From: Marsupella aquatica
Taxonomy: Eukaryota; Plantae; Marchantiophyta
Assembly: GCA_973895155.1 (NCBI GenBank)
Contig: OZ316891.1
Span: 5,179,708-5,243,707, forward strand
DNA: 64,000 nucleotides
Direction: 5' to 3'
The notes below the pieces were generated by a model. That model saw only the letters and a program-made list of their open reading frames with translations, was not told the origin of the DNA and ran no database searches. Both the position numbers and the translations under genes were made by a program. Positions 26,373 through 38,073 of this stretch are shown here, piece by piece. Positions within the stretch are counted from its first letter, which is position 1; each line of letters begins with the position of its first letter.

Positions 26373-27821
26373 ATGATGATGTCGGGATTCGATCAGAGCA
26401 TGGACAAACCCAATTTTGACTCAGCAGGTAGCAACAACCCAGTTCGAGATTCAGGTGCCCCACGGCCGCGGCTCGAGGAAGACAATGACATTGGGCCACC
26501 GGTGCAGCAGCAGCGGTCGCACAACAAGAGTATTGCGTCTGCAAAATCTCCATTTGTCATTGGGGTTGCTGGGGGCACGGCATCCGGGAAGACGACTGTA
26601 TGTGAGATGATAATTCATCAACTCCGTGACCACCGTGTTGTTGTTGTCGAGGAGGACTCTTTCTACCGAGATCTGACTGCAGAGGAATCACTTAATGTGG
26701 GAGAGTACAATTTTGACCACCCGGATGCCTTCGACACGGAGCAGCTACTGGAATGCCTGCAAAGGCTAAAACAGTGCAAACCAGTCTCAGTTCCTTTATA
26801 TGATTTCAAGAGGCATCAGCGGTGCAGCGAAAGATCACGCAAAGTGAATGATGTTGATGTTATGATCGTGGTGGGAATCCTGGTTTTCCATGATCCCAGA
26901 GTTCGTGAACTGATGAACATGAAGATTTTCGTTGACACGGATGCAGATGTTCGGCTGGCTCGAAGGATACAAAGGGACACACTCCAGAGGGGAAGGGATG
27001 TGAAGAGTGTGATTGAGCAGTATTCCAAATTCGTGAAGCCGGCATTTGATGAATTTATTTTTCCGTCAAAGAAGTATGCTGATGTTTTCATTCCAAGAGG
27101 GGGAGATAATCAGGTCGCAATTGATCTCATTGTTCAGCACATCCGGACGAAATTGGGGCAGCATGACCTCCGCAGAATTCATCCCAATGTCTCTGTCATT
27201 CAGTCAACTTATCAGATCCGCGGCATGCATACTCTCATTCGAGATAAAGACACTACCAAAGATGATTTCGTATTCTACGCTGACCGCCTGATACGCTTGG
27301 TGGTTGAGCATGGCCTCGGTCATCTTCCATTTACCGAGAAGCAAGTGGCTACACCCACAGGCTCTATGTACGTTGGAGTAGAGTTCTGCAAGCAGCTTTG
27401 TGGAGTATCTATCATTCGGAGTGGAGAAAGCATGGAAAATGCATTGCGAGCATGCTGTAAAGCAATTAAGATTGGAAAAATTTTGATCAGTCGGGACGGT
27501 CGTGACAATTGCAAGCAGCGGCTTTGGGAGAAATTACCAAAGGACATCGCGGACAGGCATGTCTTGCTATTGGACCCGGTTTTGGCCACAGGAAACTCTG
27601 CCATTAAAGCTATTGAGTTGCTCAAGGAGAAGGGAGTTCCAGAATCGCACATTATATTTCTGAACTTGATCTCAGCTCCTGAAGGCATCCATGCTGTATG
27701 TAAGCGTTTCCCATTGCTGAAAATAGTGACCTCAGAGATCGATGCAGAATTGGACGAGGATTTTCGAGTTCTACCGGGAATGGGCGAGTTTGGTGACCGG
27801 TACTTTGGGACAGATGAGTAG
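26373..27821 (+). CDS. UKL: Uridine kinase-like protein (uridine/cytidine kinase plus UPRT-like domain), intronless, 482 aa
   Basis: P-loop GVAGGTASGKTT, DSFY, YNFDHPDAFD, KIFVDTDADVRLARR, KPAFDEFIFPSKKYAD. UPRT-like DRLIRLVVEHGLG, SIIRSGESME, LLDPVLATGNS, PGMGEFGDRYFGT. Confidence 0.93.
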   Translation: MMMSGFDQSMDKPNFDSAGSNNPVRDSGAPRPRLEEDNDIGPPVQQQRSHNKSIASAKSPFVIGVAGGTASGKTTVCEMIIHQLRDHRVVVVEEDSFYRDLTAEESLNVGEYNFDHPDAFDTEQLLECLQRLKQCKPVSVPLYDFKRHQRCSERSRKVNDVDVMIVVGILVFHDPRVRELMNMKIFVDTDADVRLARRIQRDTLQRGRDVKSVIEQYSKFVKPAFDEFIFPSKKYADVFIPRGGDNQVAIDLIVQHIRTKLGQHDLRRIHPNVSVIQSTYQIRGMHTLIRDKDTTKDDFVFYADRLIRLVVEHGLGHLPFTEKQVATPTGSMYVGVEFCKQLCGVSIIRSGESMENALRACCKAIKIGKILISRDGRDNCKQRLWEKLPKDIADRHVLLLDPVLATGNSAIKAIELLKEKGVPESHIIFLNLISAPEGIHAVCKRFPLLKIVTSEIDAELDEDFRVLPGMGEFGDRYFGTDE

Positions 27822-30388
27822 ATGAAGATGATGACAAAGTATCATCTCGACGTTCAGCCTAGCCTAGTATATATAGCTAGTAGACAGTCCTGCTCCACTT
27901 TGATTACCGGTACTGTCAAAATCTTAGGTGGGCCTTCAGTTCGACCCAAGTCTTTTTTAAGGGGATTCTCTAGCTAGACTCTACTGTACAGTACTTTTGT
28001 GTACTTGAAAGCAGAGTTTTAAATTGAGATGATTAATGTCACTTTTTCCAGTTCCCTCCAAAGATCTAGGTGCAAGATGGAACATGATTGTGTGCCTGCG
28101 TTTATGCAATCTTCGAAGCGAGGTGCGAAGAAGTCTTAGAGAGGCCTTCTGATAATTATGTTGGCTAACCCTTGCCAGTGGGAAGGACACGGTTATAGCG
28201 CAGTACTGTAGACGCCTGGGCAAGGAATATCTAATTCGGTGACCCGGAAGTGCTCCGAAAAGTTTGGGTCCTAAAAAATTCCAATGTAGAGCTTCATACT
28301 AATCTTCATGTCCGAACTGTACGTATACACCAGGAATTGGTACAGGTTCATTAACTGCTTGAATATTAAGGAAGTGGAACAAGGACCGAAGTGTCAATTA
28401 TGAGGCCTTTTGATACTAAACTGATTAGCAATTAGCAATCATGCCGAACTGATCAACGAACTACATCCAAAACCAGAAGCTATATTGGACAATTCAGTGA
28501 GTGAGACTTGTTATGCTGATTAGCATGCAGCAGCTACAAAAGCAGCTCCAGTAGTAACTACTCCATCATGCCCCAGCTTCAGAGACCTGTAGTGATGAAT
28601 TGATTAAATGCGTCAGTTGTAACAAGAATTGACAGGCCGGCTTCCATCATTCATGTTCTTAGCAGCTTTCGTCAGTCCAAGCAGAAGTTTCTGTGAGTTG
28701 CTCCATCATATACGAACATCATGGAATCTGCTCAGCTTAATTCGCATAATCTCATTGTGTCCAACGATTGCGTAGGCGGCCTGAACCAATAACATAACAT
28801 CATGCGGTCCGGATGAGTTGAGGCATACACTTGAACCAAAAAACTGGAGATCCTTGCGTAGTGAAATCTTTTCGGGTGTACAGTGGAAGTGGTGACGTAT
28901 CTGATGGTTGGATCGAGAAAGCAATGATAGCTGGAGGTGTGGATTCACAAGACCACTTCACAGCGAGATCGAGAAACGAATTTGTTTTCTGTGTTTGTCC
29001 GCCTGCAGGCAGGAGGTCGGGTGCAAGTCACCTGAGGAAAGAAGTTTCTCAATGACGTGACGAGAGAACACCAAAAGCCGGCTAGGCTTTTGGACTAGTA
29101 AGCTGCATGGAGAGAAACTTGTACCTCTTTCGGCACGGTGTGAATTTTTCCTTTATGAGTTTTGTAAAGTTATCTCAGAGCCTGCATGCAATAGCTCTAC
29201 GGATTCTCAGAGTTGAATGAAACAAGTCCATCTCCGTCGTCCCCAGATATACCTTTCTGCGAAAACGATGATTTCAGATTCCTTGAGTAGTGGTCAAACG
29301 TCGCTCCAAAAATAAATTTGCTAACAATATCTACAGTATGTCTTGCCAAATGATTGTGCTTTTCCCTGAAATCCGTAAAGCATTTTTTCGCAACGACAAA
29401 AGTGACGGAACGCACGACAAAAAGCCAAAGGCAAAACAGTCCGAATTAAAAAATCACCAACTTATGCGACGGACCAGTCATGCCGTGCACATCAATTAAG
29501 CCATACCGAGCCAAAGGGCAGATGATCTTTTCTCCTTTCCTGTAAAGGGTTCTGATTTTCTGGATCATGTCCGAGGTGTAAAATTAACGCTACAGCTGAT
29601 GCTTATCAAAATTATGTTTTGCAACCTACGGGAGTATCTGCATTACTTCCGTAACTGACTGATGCGTATCAGTCAAATTGTCACCAGTGACTCGGCTCCT
29701 GCGTATTGGTACTAAGCCATATCCAGTGCGATGAAAGTACGTGTTTCATCGCACTGTGTTTGTGTTTTTGCAGTCTTCTATTTTAAAAGAGTTTGATCGT
29801 ATGTAGTGTCAGGATCATTCATTATTGATTCCCTGTCCGGAGTGTTTGTTTCACTCTTCCGTCTTGGACCTTCCGAAGACTGCTCGATCCACGCAACTCA
29901 TTTGAATTTACATGATACTAGATCACTTTTCCAAATGGCTTTCAGGAGCTTCCAAAACGATGGCTGTAGAGGGTGAGGCAGCAGCTGCTCGATCAGTCGG
30001 ACTATTTGTTCAGTCTTCCCTCTTGGACCTTCGCAGTGGAAGAGGCTCTACTCAATTCATTTGGAGTTAGACAATGCCGGATCAATTACTAGACTCCAGA
30101 TGAATTCCAGGAGCTTCTTCCCTAGCCGTCCGAAGAGGTTGAGACGGCTCATGAGTCGGGCTTGCTGAGCAACATGTTGTCAAAGCAATGTCTGATTCAC
30201 TCTAAATCGACCCGCTTTGAACACGGATCATCGAGATAGAGTGTGGACGTCCACCTTCAGCTTTGACGGCGATGGATCTGTCATGATCGGTCGAGCTTTG
30301 GCTCAACTAACTCACTCTCTGTATCAGCGCGAAGCTTGGTGACCTTGTTCAACGAAGATAGGGGGGGCGAAGTGATCGATCAATCGAC

Positions 30389-32179
30389 ATGGGTCTGTGC
30401 TTCTCTGCCGAAAGGCCAGAAGGGCAAGAAAAGTCACAGGCCAGGTTTACGGCCGGGCTTGAAACCCTTCTGAGGGATGCCGATCTACAGCAGTCTTCGA
30501 GGGGTCAAAGCACACAGAACGGGTCATCCGCCGGCCATGAAACTCTTCTGCGGGATCCCAATGGTGTACAAATTCCAAGCGCTAAAAGCACATTCCGAAA
30601 AACAGGCGAACGAAAGCGGCCGGGCTCAATGGAGAGAAAGCTGTGCCCAAACCCATCAGCTCGAAAATCGTTTGACAGAAAGCTTTCAGCTCCAACGATT
30701 CGAAAACCAGTCGTCCGAGCAGTCGACGGAAGGCCACTCTCGACGACATCAACACGAAAATCGTTCGACCGAAGGCCGGGCTCCACTGCATCTACTCGAA
30801 AATCTCTCGTGGGTAATACTCTGGAGGAACGTAAACTAGCGGAAGCTTTAGGACTCCGCAAGGTTACTAGTGAGGATCATGTGGACAGCAGCGAGACCGA
30901 CCATGTGGGCTGGCATTCTCTGCAGAATCTATTGAAGGAAAATCTGAGGGATTCTGATCCTGACGGCCGAAAGCCGATTGCACGGCATTCTCCAGCCAAG
31001 CGTCCACAAGCTTTGGCCTCACCTAAAGTTCATGGAGACGACCGTCCGAGAGATAATGGACATGCGAGGATGTCCCCAGGCTTAAGATCGGTACCAGGCG
31101 GACGAAAATCGATCGATAGGAAATCGGCAGAAAGAAAACCGGAGGAGAGGAAACGAGTGGAAAGGAAGCCGGCGGAGAGGAAATCGGCAGGTAGGAATTC
31201 GATGGTCCAGGAGAGAGAAGATAGGTCTCCATCGGTCGAGAAACCAGTGGAAAGAAAGCCGGCGGAATGGAAATCGGCAGGTAGGAATTCGATGGCCCAG
31301 GAGAGAGAAGATAGGTCACCATGGGTCGAGAACCCAGTGGAAAGAAAGCCGGCAGAATGGAAATCGGCAAGTAGAAATTCGATGGTCCAGGAGAGAGTAG
31401 AGAGGTCACCATCGGTCGAGAAATCAGTGGAAAGAAAGCCGGCGGAGCGGAAATCAGCAGGTGGAAATTCGATGGAGAGAGTAGATAGGTCACCATTGGT
31501 CGAGAGGCAACCAGTAGCTCAGAGAAAGTTCGTAGAGAGGAAATCTGTAGATAGAAAATCGTTGGACAGGACATTCGTCGACAGTAACTTCGTAGAGATT
31601 AAAAAACCAGGATCTGAGCGGAAATCGTTTGATAAAAAATCAGTGGACAGGAAGTCGGTGGAGAGAGTTAGAGCGCCGGTAGAAAACGCAGGTGGTGCCG
31701 CAACGAACTTGGATGACAAACCTTCTGTGGACCGAGTCACTAGTTTCTCACCAGGTCATCACTCAAAGAGCCTCAGGAAGCCGAGAGCCAGGAATGGCTA
31801 CTTCACCCCCGAGAATGGCAATCCCAAATTGCTCCCAAACGCTAGACAACAACAGCGCACAGGTGTCGACCCTCGATTCAAAAGTAGCTTCACCGACATA
31901 GATTTCCTGACACAGAAATTCCTCATCGACAACTCCGAAAAAGCGATTCAAGCTCGTATAGATGCGTCCCTCTCAGCTGTACGTCAAAAGCGTCAACACG
32001 ATCAAGCTGATCATAGCAATTCGTCCAGCGATTTCCGAAGTGCCCGCCAGATAGATGAGTTCACAAAATCCTGCAGGGACTCAGCAGCCAAGGCAGCAGC
32101 GCGAGATCTCGACTCCTTCAAGCATTTGACTAGTATGGACTCTAGCGACTCATCCGGGATGATTCTTACGAGCTATTAG
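30389..32179 (+). CDS. Unknown intronless 596-aa Arg/Lys/Ser-rich repetitive protein with an N-terminal acylation-type motif (MGLCFS)
   Basis: 1.8-kb uninterrupted ORF with ATG in acATGG context; G2/C4/S6 pattern; many RKS-phi-(D/E)-R motifs; in-frame 90-bp repeats. No family recognised. Confidence 0.75.
   Translation: MGLCFSAERPEGQEKSQARFTAGLETLLRDADLQQSSRGQSTQNGSSAGHETLLRDPNGVQIPSAKSTFRKTGERKRPGSMERKLCPNPSARKSFDRKLSAPTIRKPVVRAVDGRPLSTTSTRKSFDRRPGSTASTRKSLVGNTLEERKLAEALGLRKVTSEDHVDSSETDHVGWHSLQNLLKENLRDSDPDGRKPIARHSPAKRPQALASPKVHGDDRPRDNGHARMSPGLRSVPGGRKSIDRKSAERKPEERKRVERKPAERKSAGRNSMVQEREDRSPSVEKPVERKPAEWKSAGRNSMAQEREDRSPWVENPVERKPAEWKSASRNSMVQERVERSPSVEKSVERKPAERKSAGGNSMERVDRSPLVERQPVAQRKFVERKSVDRKSLDRTFVDSNFVEIKKPGSERKSFDKKSVDRKSVERVRAPVENAGGAATNLDDKPSVDRVTSFSPGHHSKSLRKPRARNGYFTPENGNPKLLPNARQQQRTGVDPRFKSSFTDIDFLTQKFLIDNSEKAIQARIDASLSAVRQKRQHDQADHSNSSSDFRSARQIDEFTKSCRDSAAKAAARDLDSFKHLTSMDSSDSSGMILTSY
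31157..31510 (+). repeat. Coding 90-bp (30-aa) tandem repeat, ~4 copies
   Basis: VERKPAE(R/W)KSAGRNSM(V/A)QEREDRSP(S/W)VE(K/N)P units start at 31157, 31247, 31337 and 31427. Confidence 0.92.
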
Positions 32180-33172
32180 AAGCTGACAGTGGAGACTGTA
32201 TATTTGTTGGTATGAAAGTATATAGTGGCAATTTATTTTGCTAGAAATCTGTTCTGGTAAAGTATCTAAACTGACAAAGCGAATAATGTACTTAGTCGTT
32301 CATACAGCTTAGACATTATTTGTACTTGGACTCGACGGGTGCAAGTTAGAGTTTAATTTCTGTTAGTAAGTGGGATGGAATGCGAACATTCAATTAAATT
32401 TTATGACCAGATGATACATCTTGAGGCATGATCAGATATGCAGTTTGTTCGAGCTCGTGAAAACGAAGCTACGTCTGAGTTTCTTGGAGTATCTGACGGT
32501 CTGTACGTCGGTAGAGGTTGATTTGTTAATTTGAAACTGCTCAAATTGCTTCAAGAAAGAAGTTGTGTATACTGCTCTGTTCGTTCGATTCGATGATCTA
32601 GTTTCCTTGATTAGAATTTATGTTAATTGCCCCGGACGGATGAGAATTGCCGATAGGATGTTCACCTCGGACTCAATTCTCAATTGAACAGACAAGCCGG
32701 CAATCGCAAGCAGTCATTTTTCAAGGACGCTTCGTTATCAGACGCAAATTAATCGGACCAGCAGGCCCCTTTTCCACCATCTCCAAACGGATTGAATCGA
32801 ATGCCAGGACGATGGCTGATCGAGATCGGACTCCAACAGATTTCCCCCTATATTCCGATCCAAATTCTAGTGGGCTCGTGCATGAGCGATCAGAATTTCG
32901 GTGTTAACCGTTCACAAGTAAGAGTTCTGACGTCTCAGAGTTCCTTAGCTTGGTGTCTCGCTAGCTACAGTAGCTCGAAAGAACTGATTCAGAGCTAATC
33001 AAGACATTGCTGATTGATTCGGGGCCGGCAAATCACTGATTGGTAGCTTTGGTGCCTCCTCGCTTCCACCTGAACGGGATTCATGGGTTCTAAGTTCCAG
33101 GTTGAGGGACACATGCGGACAGGAAAGAGACGGCAAGAGGACGCCAATGGGTGCATGGTACTGTACTACGAT

Positions 33173-33207
33173 AAACAAACAAACAAACAAACAAACAAAC
33201 AAACAAA
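33173..33207. repeat. (AAAC)n microsatellite
   Basis: Run of aaac units. Confidence 0.9.
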
Positions 33208-33613
33208 CCGGACAAATTAACGGGTGATTTGCATTATGACTACAAGCTACTACAATATTGTATTCCGAAATCCTGCAGAATGCAGAAAATCAACTTTCAG
33301 CCTGGGCAAGAAACTTGTAGATTCCTTGTTGGACTGCATTACGTCCAAAACTTGTATCGATCTAGCAATAAAGTGTACATGCAAACCCGCATGCAAATCA
33401 TTGCTGTTGAGCGAGAAGTCTGAGGATCCTTCGATCTCCTAGATTGCGATGAACTTCGATACTAAACGGGATACGAAAACTTTTTGATTGTTCCCCGCTT
33501 CATGATAGCGCTGTACCAAGAATCGCCCCTGAATCCGTGAACTTCCTACCCACAAGCTCACTAAACGCCACCCACATTAGAAAGCTGCTCCTCGTTCTTT
33601 CCTCAAAGCAGAT

Positions 33614-34082
33614 GTTCAATGATCGAGGACATCACATACGAGCTACATTTGGAATTGCTCAAGATATGTGTCGATGATGTTATTGTGTTTCACTCGGCAC
33701 TACCTTTTCGATAGAGGATAAGTAACTGAGACAGGTCTATCATCGAGTTTCATAAGTTGGGCTCTTCCGGACAATGACCAACTGAATAGAATGAAGATGA
33801 TCAAGGGCATCACCGCCAGCGACGCAAACGTAGAGATTTCTTACTCAAAGATCGAAGAGGTTCAATGATCGAGGAAATCACATACAAGCTACAATTGGAA
33901 TTGAGATATGTATCGATGACGTTATTGTGTTTCACTCGGCACTAGCTTTTCGACGGATAGAGGACAAGCGACTGGACAGATCTGTGATCGAGTTTCATAA
34001 GTAGGGCCGTTCCGGACGATTAACAACCGACTAAAATGAAGAAGATCGAGGACATCACCGAGCGGCGACGCAAATGTCTAGA
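33614..34082. repeat. Diverged ~245-bp tandem duplication
   Basis: gttcaatgatcgagga.atcacatac.agctaca.ttggaattg...gttattgtgtttcactcggcacta...atcgagtttcataagt...gcgacgcaaa at 33614-33833 and 33860-34082. Confidence 0.85.
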
Positions 34083-35048
34083 AGGTCCTGGACGAGGCGT
34101 TGAGAATGATTTGATCTTGGTAAACAACGCTGGCAAACAGATGTTGGCATCTTGATCTCCATTGTACTTCCCCTTGTAAGTGTGCAAAAACTCGGACTGC
34201 AAATCCGGACAAGATATCTCTCGTTCCTTCCAATCCCACATCTTGCAATGCTGCCGCTGTGTCTGGAGCTGTGTCTCCATGCATGATTTGTCTGCTTATT
34301 TCTCTTCGTGTCACCTCTGCATCTACTTTCTTGAATCTCCTTTAAAACTAATCCTCCACTTTAATGGGTTAGTGTGAACCACCTTTGTTGTCAAAGGTGG
34401 AGACACAGGTTCCCCAAGTGGACAGACTATGGGTCCACCATAGCAACTGCTCTGTACATGAGACGACACAAAGCCTAGACAAGTGTCCAAAGTGTTGAAA
34501 CATCACTTGGTAAGATGGCCAGGCCATAGGACACGGGGGGAGTCGGCAAGTCAGTCTGGCAAGTGTATTTGAATGAGTGTGGGAGCTGCCTGGAAAGTGG
34601 CGGAATGGGCGTGAAAAAGGACTGGTGCAGTATGGCAACTTTAGGTCCATCTCAGGGTTAGAAAAAACTGTCACCTTAATGCAAGGGCCAGGGAGATAGA
34701 TTTCTAGCCAGAATGACATTTTGTAGAAAGAACTGAGTTGTATGGTAAGTGCTTAGATAAAACAACCTACATACACATGATTAGGTCGCCTGCCTTCGCG
34801 AGCTTTGCTCCGGCCAGCAGTTGCCTTCTCCTCCTGTTGACTACCCAATAACTTGTCATCACCCAATATCACCATCTAGACCACTGGCTCCAGAGTGTGG
34901 CTCTTGTCAGTGGTGATGTTTTCTCGACAGCACGGTGTCAATGTGAAGAACCAACTGATTTAACCAATATTTTGCAGTTCAGTTTAGGGTTTAGGGTAAG
35001 TTTTTAGTTGTTCCGTGTCCAGGTTAAGTTTTCAAAAGTTTTTAGATG

Positions 35049-35600
35049 TTACTGAACATTCATGTCTAGCTTTAATTGTCGAACTCCTGTCCATCTGTCT
35101 ATATTATGGTTTGGTACCTAATTTTAGTATTCAGGACTTACTCAATAGAATGAAGCCCTAGGTCAATTCAAGTCCTCCATTTTTTTCTCATTAGAGTGAG
35201 ACTATACAGGCCACCCAGTCCCCCATGTTTGACTGATTAGAGTGCGATTATATAGGTCACCAAGTCTAGCTGGATAAGGTTCTAATTGTTACTGAACATT
35301 CATGTCTAGCTTTAATTTCAAACTCCTGTCCATCTGTCTATATTATGGTTTGGTACCTAATTTTAGTATTCAGGACTTACTCAATAGAATGAAGCCCTAG
35401 GTCAATCCAAGTCCTCCATTTTTTTCTCATTAGAGTGAGACTATACAGGCCACCCAGTCCCCCATGTTTGACTGATTAGAGTGCGATTATATAGGTCACC
35501 AAGTCGAGATTATATAGGTCACCAAGTCTAGCTGGATAAGGTTCTAATTGTTACTGAACATTCATGTTCTAGGTCTTCAAACCCCTGTCCATCTTTTTGT
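35049..35600. repeat. Near-identical ~240-bp tandem duplication plus a partial third copy
   Basis: ttactgaacattcatgtctagc...ggataaggttctaattg starts at ~35049, ~35288 and ~35551. Confidence 0.92.
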
Positions 35601-36700
35601 TATAATTTGCTACTAAATGTACCATTCATAACGTCATCATTAGATTAATACCATCGGCCCAAATTATTCGGGAAACTAAAATATTGCTTTTTAGGCCACC
35701 CAGTCTAGTTATGTTTGCAAGTGTTTCTGAAAACAGTGAGAAACAGGTACTAAATTCTGAAGTAAGCTTTTCAATGGCACGAATGTTGCTTACTGGGATA
35801 TATATATTCTTCGATGTACATATCTCGGACTTTGCCTGCGGTGTTTGAGATACACTTTTAAGGAACAATTGAAGCTCCGAGGTATTTCTTAGTGGGAACC
35901 TTCCGAATATGGTCGACTTAATGTTCCATGATAAAATATTACAGGTCCTTAAACCAACACTTCGCTATGAAAGGAATCGCCATGAATCGAAAGGCCGACT
36001 TTGGGTTACTTACATATCGAGCAAAATTCTAAATATCAGAATGAAAAGCCAACAGAAACATCAATGTTGCCTACTGAAACAGACTATCGCAGTTGCCTGC
36101 ACTTGTTTAATAGGTTGAAGTGGAGACTGCGAACTTTTTACCTGGCAAACTGGGCGTAGGCATTACACCTAGGATGCAGAGCTGCTAGTTTTCCAAGTAG
36201 AAACATTTGAAACGTCCAAACATCACAGGAATGAATGGAGCACATAGTCAATGAAAATGATCACGATTCCGTGGTCGAAACAGATCTTCCACTCCAGATA
36301 CGAGATTTGCATCATCACCCACTCACCAAAGATTCTGCTTAAAGGAAGTATCGCCCGATATCCAATATCCTGAACGTGAATTGGGAATGACAAAGGACAG
36401 CATTTACACTCATGTCCCCCGATGTATAAATTTTAGGTGGCGAAAAACTCCCGTCAGTAAGTTCATCCAAACCATCAAGTTTTCGCAAGCGCCAAGCCCT
36501 ACAGGCCGAAAGTTTCTAAAGTGCATGCGGGGCTAAGCTGGATTGAAAATGAGTGCCTACCCAGTGAGTGAATTGAAAGCCCTCGATGGGCCCCAACCTT
36601 TCTAAACTTTGTGTACAGAGCTCTGGACCTTCGAGTCTACAGAAAAGAGCGCGAGTATTCACAAAGGACATAGAACATGTCCGATTCACGCAAAACTAGC

Positions 36701-38073
36701 TTACTGAGCTTTCTTTTCTGGCTCCCGCCCCTGATTGGAAGCCTTCCTAGCGTGCTCATCCTTGCCCTTGTGTTGAGATATGTACACTGCACGTTCGTTG
36801 AAGTAAGTCTCAAAGGCTCGGGGTAAAAACATCGGAATCAAGAAGAAAAAGAGGTTGATGGAGAAATACACGAAGTTGGCCATCGACAACACCCTCCCAA
36901 ACCACGTCCATGTGTTATCCTGTATTGCAGGGCACAAAGGTTGAATTAGCTGATGACCAACACTTCAAATTCTCTAAGCCCTACACTCTGTAAATTTCCT
37001 CGCTCAAAGAGAAGTCCGAAAAATCCTGAACGAAATCTTTTCTCTTCTAGCCAACGTTGGCTCCGCTTCTTTTGAAGATCCGATCCGAAAGATTCCAAAG
37101 TTCAAAACAAACCTTCCAATCATGACAGCTGAAAGCTGCCCATTACTGAAAGTCACAGTCCTTCCGTGAGCACAATGCATTTCCTTACAGAATTTGGACT
37201 TCACTATTCGCAGACCGCCTATACTTAGCATCATTTCCATTGCAAGGCAACCTCCACGTGAGCTAAACGACAACAACGAACTGGTAATTGTAGTACAGAA
37301 ACGTACTTGATTCTGCCATACATGTCCACTCTAACGCTGTCCCAGACAGCTTTCTTGCTATTCTGTATGAAGTTTCCTGAAGGTGAAACGCAAGTTGCAG
37401 AAGAGACACACTCGCATAAATCGACGACATGCAAGAGTCGAGAGATGGCACTTACCGCAATCAGAGGGTTTATCTCAGCGCCATGATGTTTCGGGCCGCC
37501 AGCGTGGAGAAATGTGCCGAGAGCCCAGCCCCAGATAGCGAAGAGTCTGCGAGTGGTGTACAAGATGGGAAGCAAGGACCGCACAGGTAAAGAAAATATG
37601 CCCAAAGCGTTGATGACGTTCTCACTCAGGATCTGGAACGAGAGCAGGAACAGATGCGGCGCAGCGTCCCTAACGGCTGTGGTGTCGCCCTGTGCGAACC
37701 CTCCGAGCACGTACGCTAGTGGCAAGAACAGTCCTATAGCAGTCCCCATCACAACCCAGAGCTGGAAAGCTCGGTTGCCCTTGAAGACATCCGGCGGCTT
37801 CGAGGCTCCATAGCTGGGAAATACCAATGCCGACAAGAAAAAGGAGTAGCCCGAGAGGAACACCGCGAATCCCAAGTCCAGCAGCGGCACCAACCCGCTA
37901 GCAGCGAACACCATGATGAACGCCACAAGCTGCAGATCGATAACGCTGATCGACCCCATCACTCCTCCCAGCGAGGTTTCGTTCTCCCGCATCCGCTCCT
38001 TTGCGTCTCCCCTTGCTGTGCCCGGCTGCGACGACTTGGGCCTCGGCCCCGCCGCCATCGTAGCTCCCGACAT
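36701..38073 (-). CDS. Conserved plant multi-pass membrane protein of unknown function, 2 exons
   Basis: Exons 38073-37456 (GCG|gtaagt) and 36919-36701 (cag|GAT), in frame. GGVMGSISVIDLQLVAFIMVFAASGLVP, LFLPLAYVLGGF...GD, PHLFLLSFQILSE, FSLPVR and WFGRVLSMANFVYFSINLFFFLIPMFLPRAFETY resemble an Arabidopsis At1g27990/At5g52420-like family (recalled, not searched). Confidence 0.85.

Noticed and set aside
34983-34996. TTTAGGG x2 as an interstitial telomere
   Set aside because: Only two units; such telo-box-like words are common (also at ~62140).
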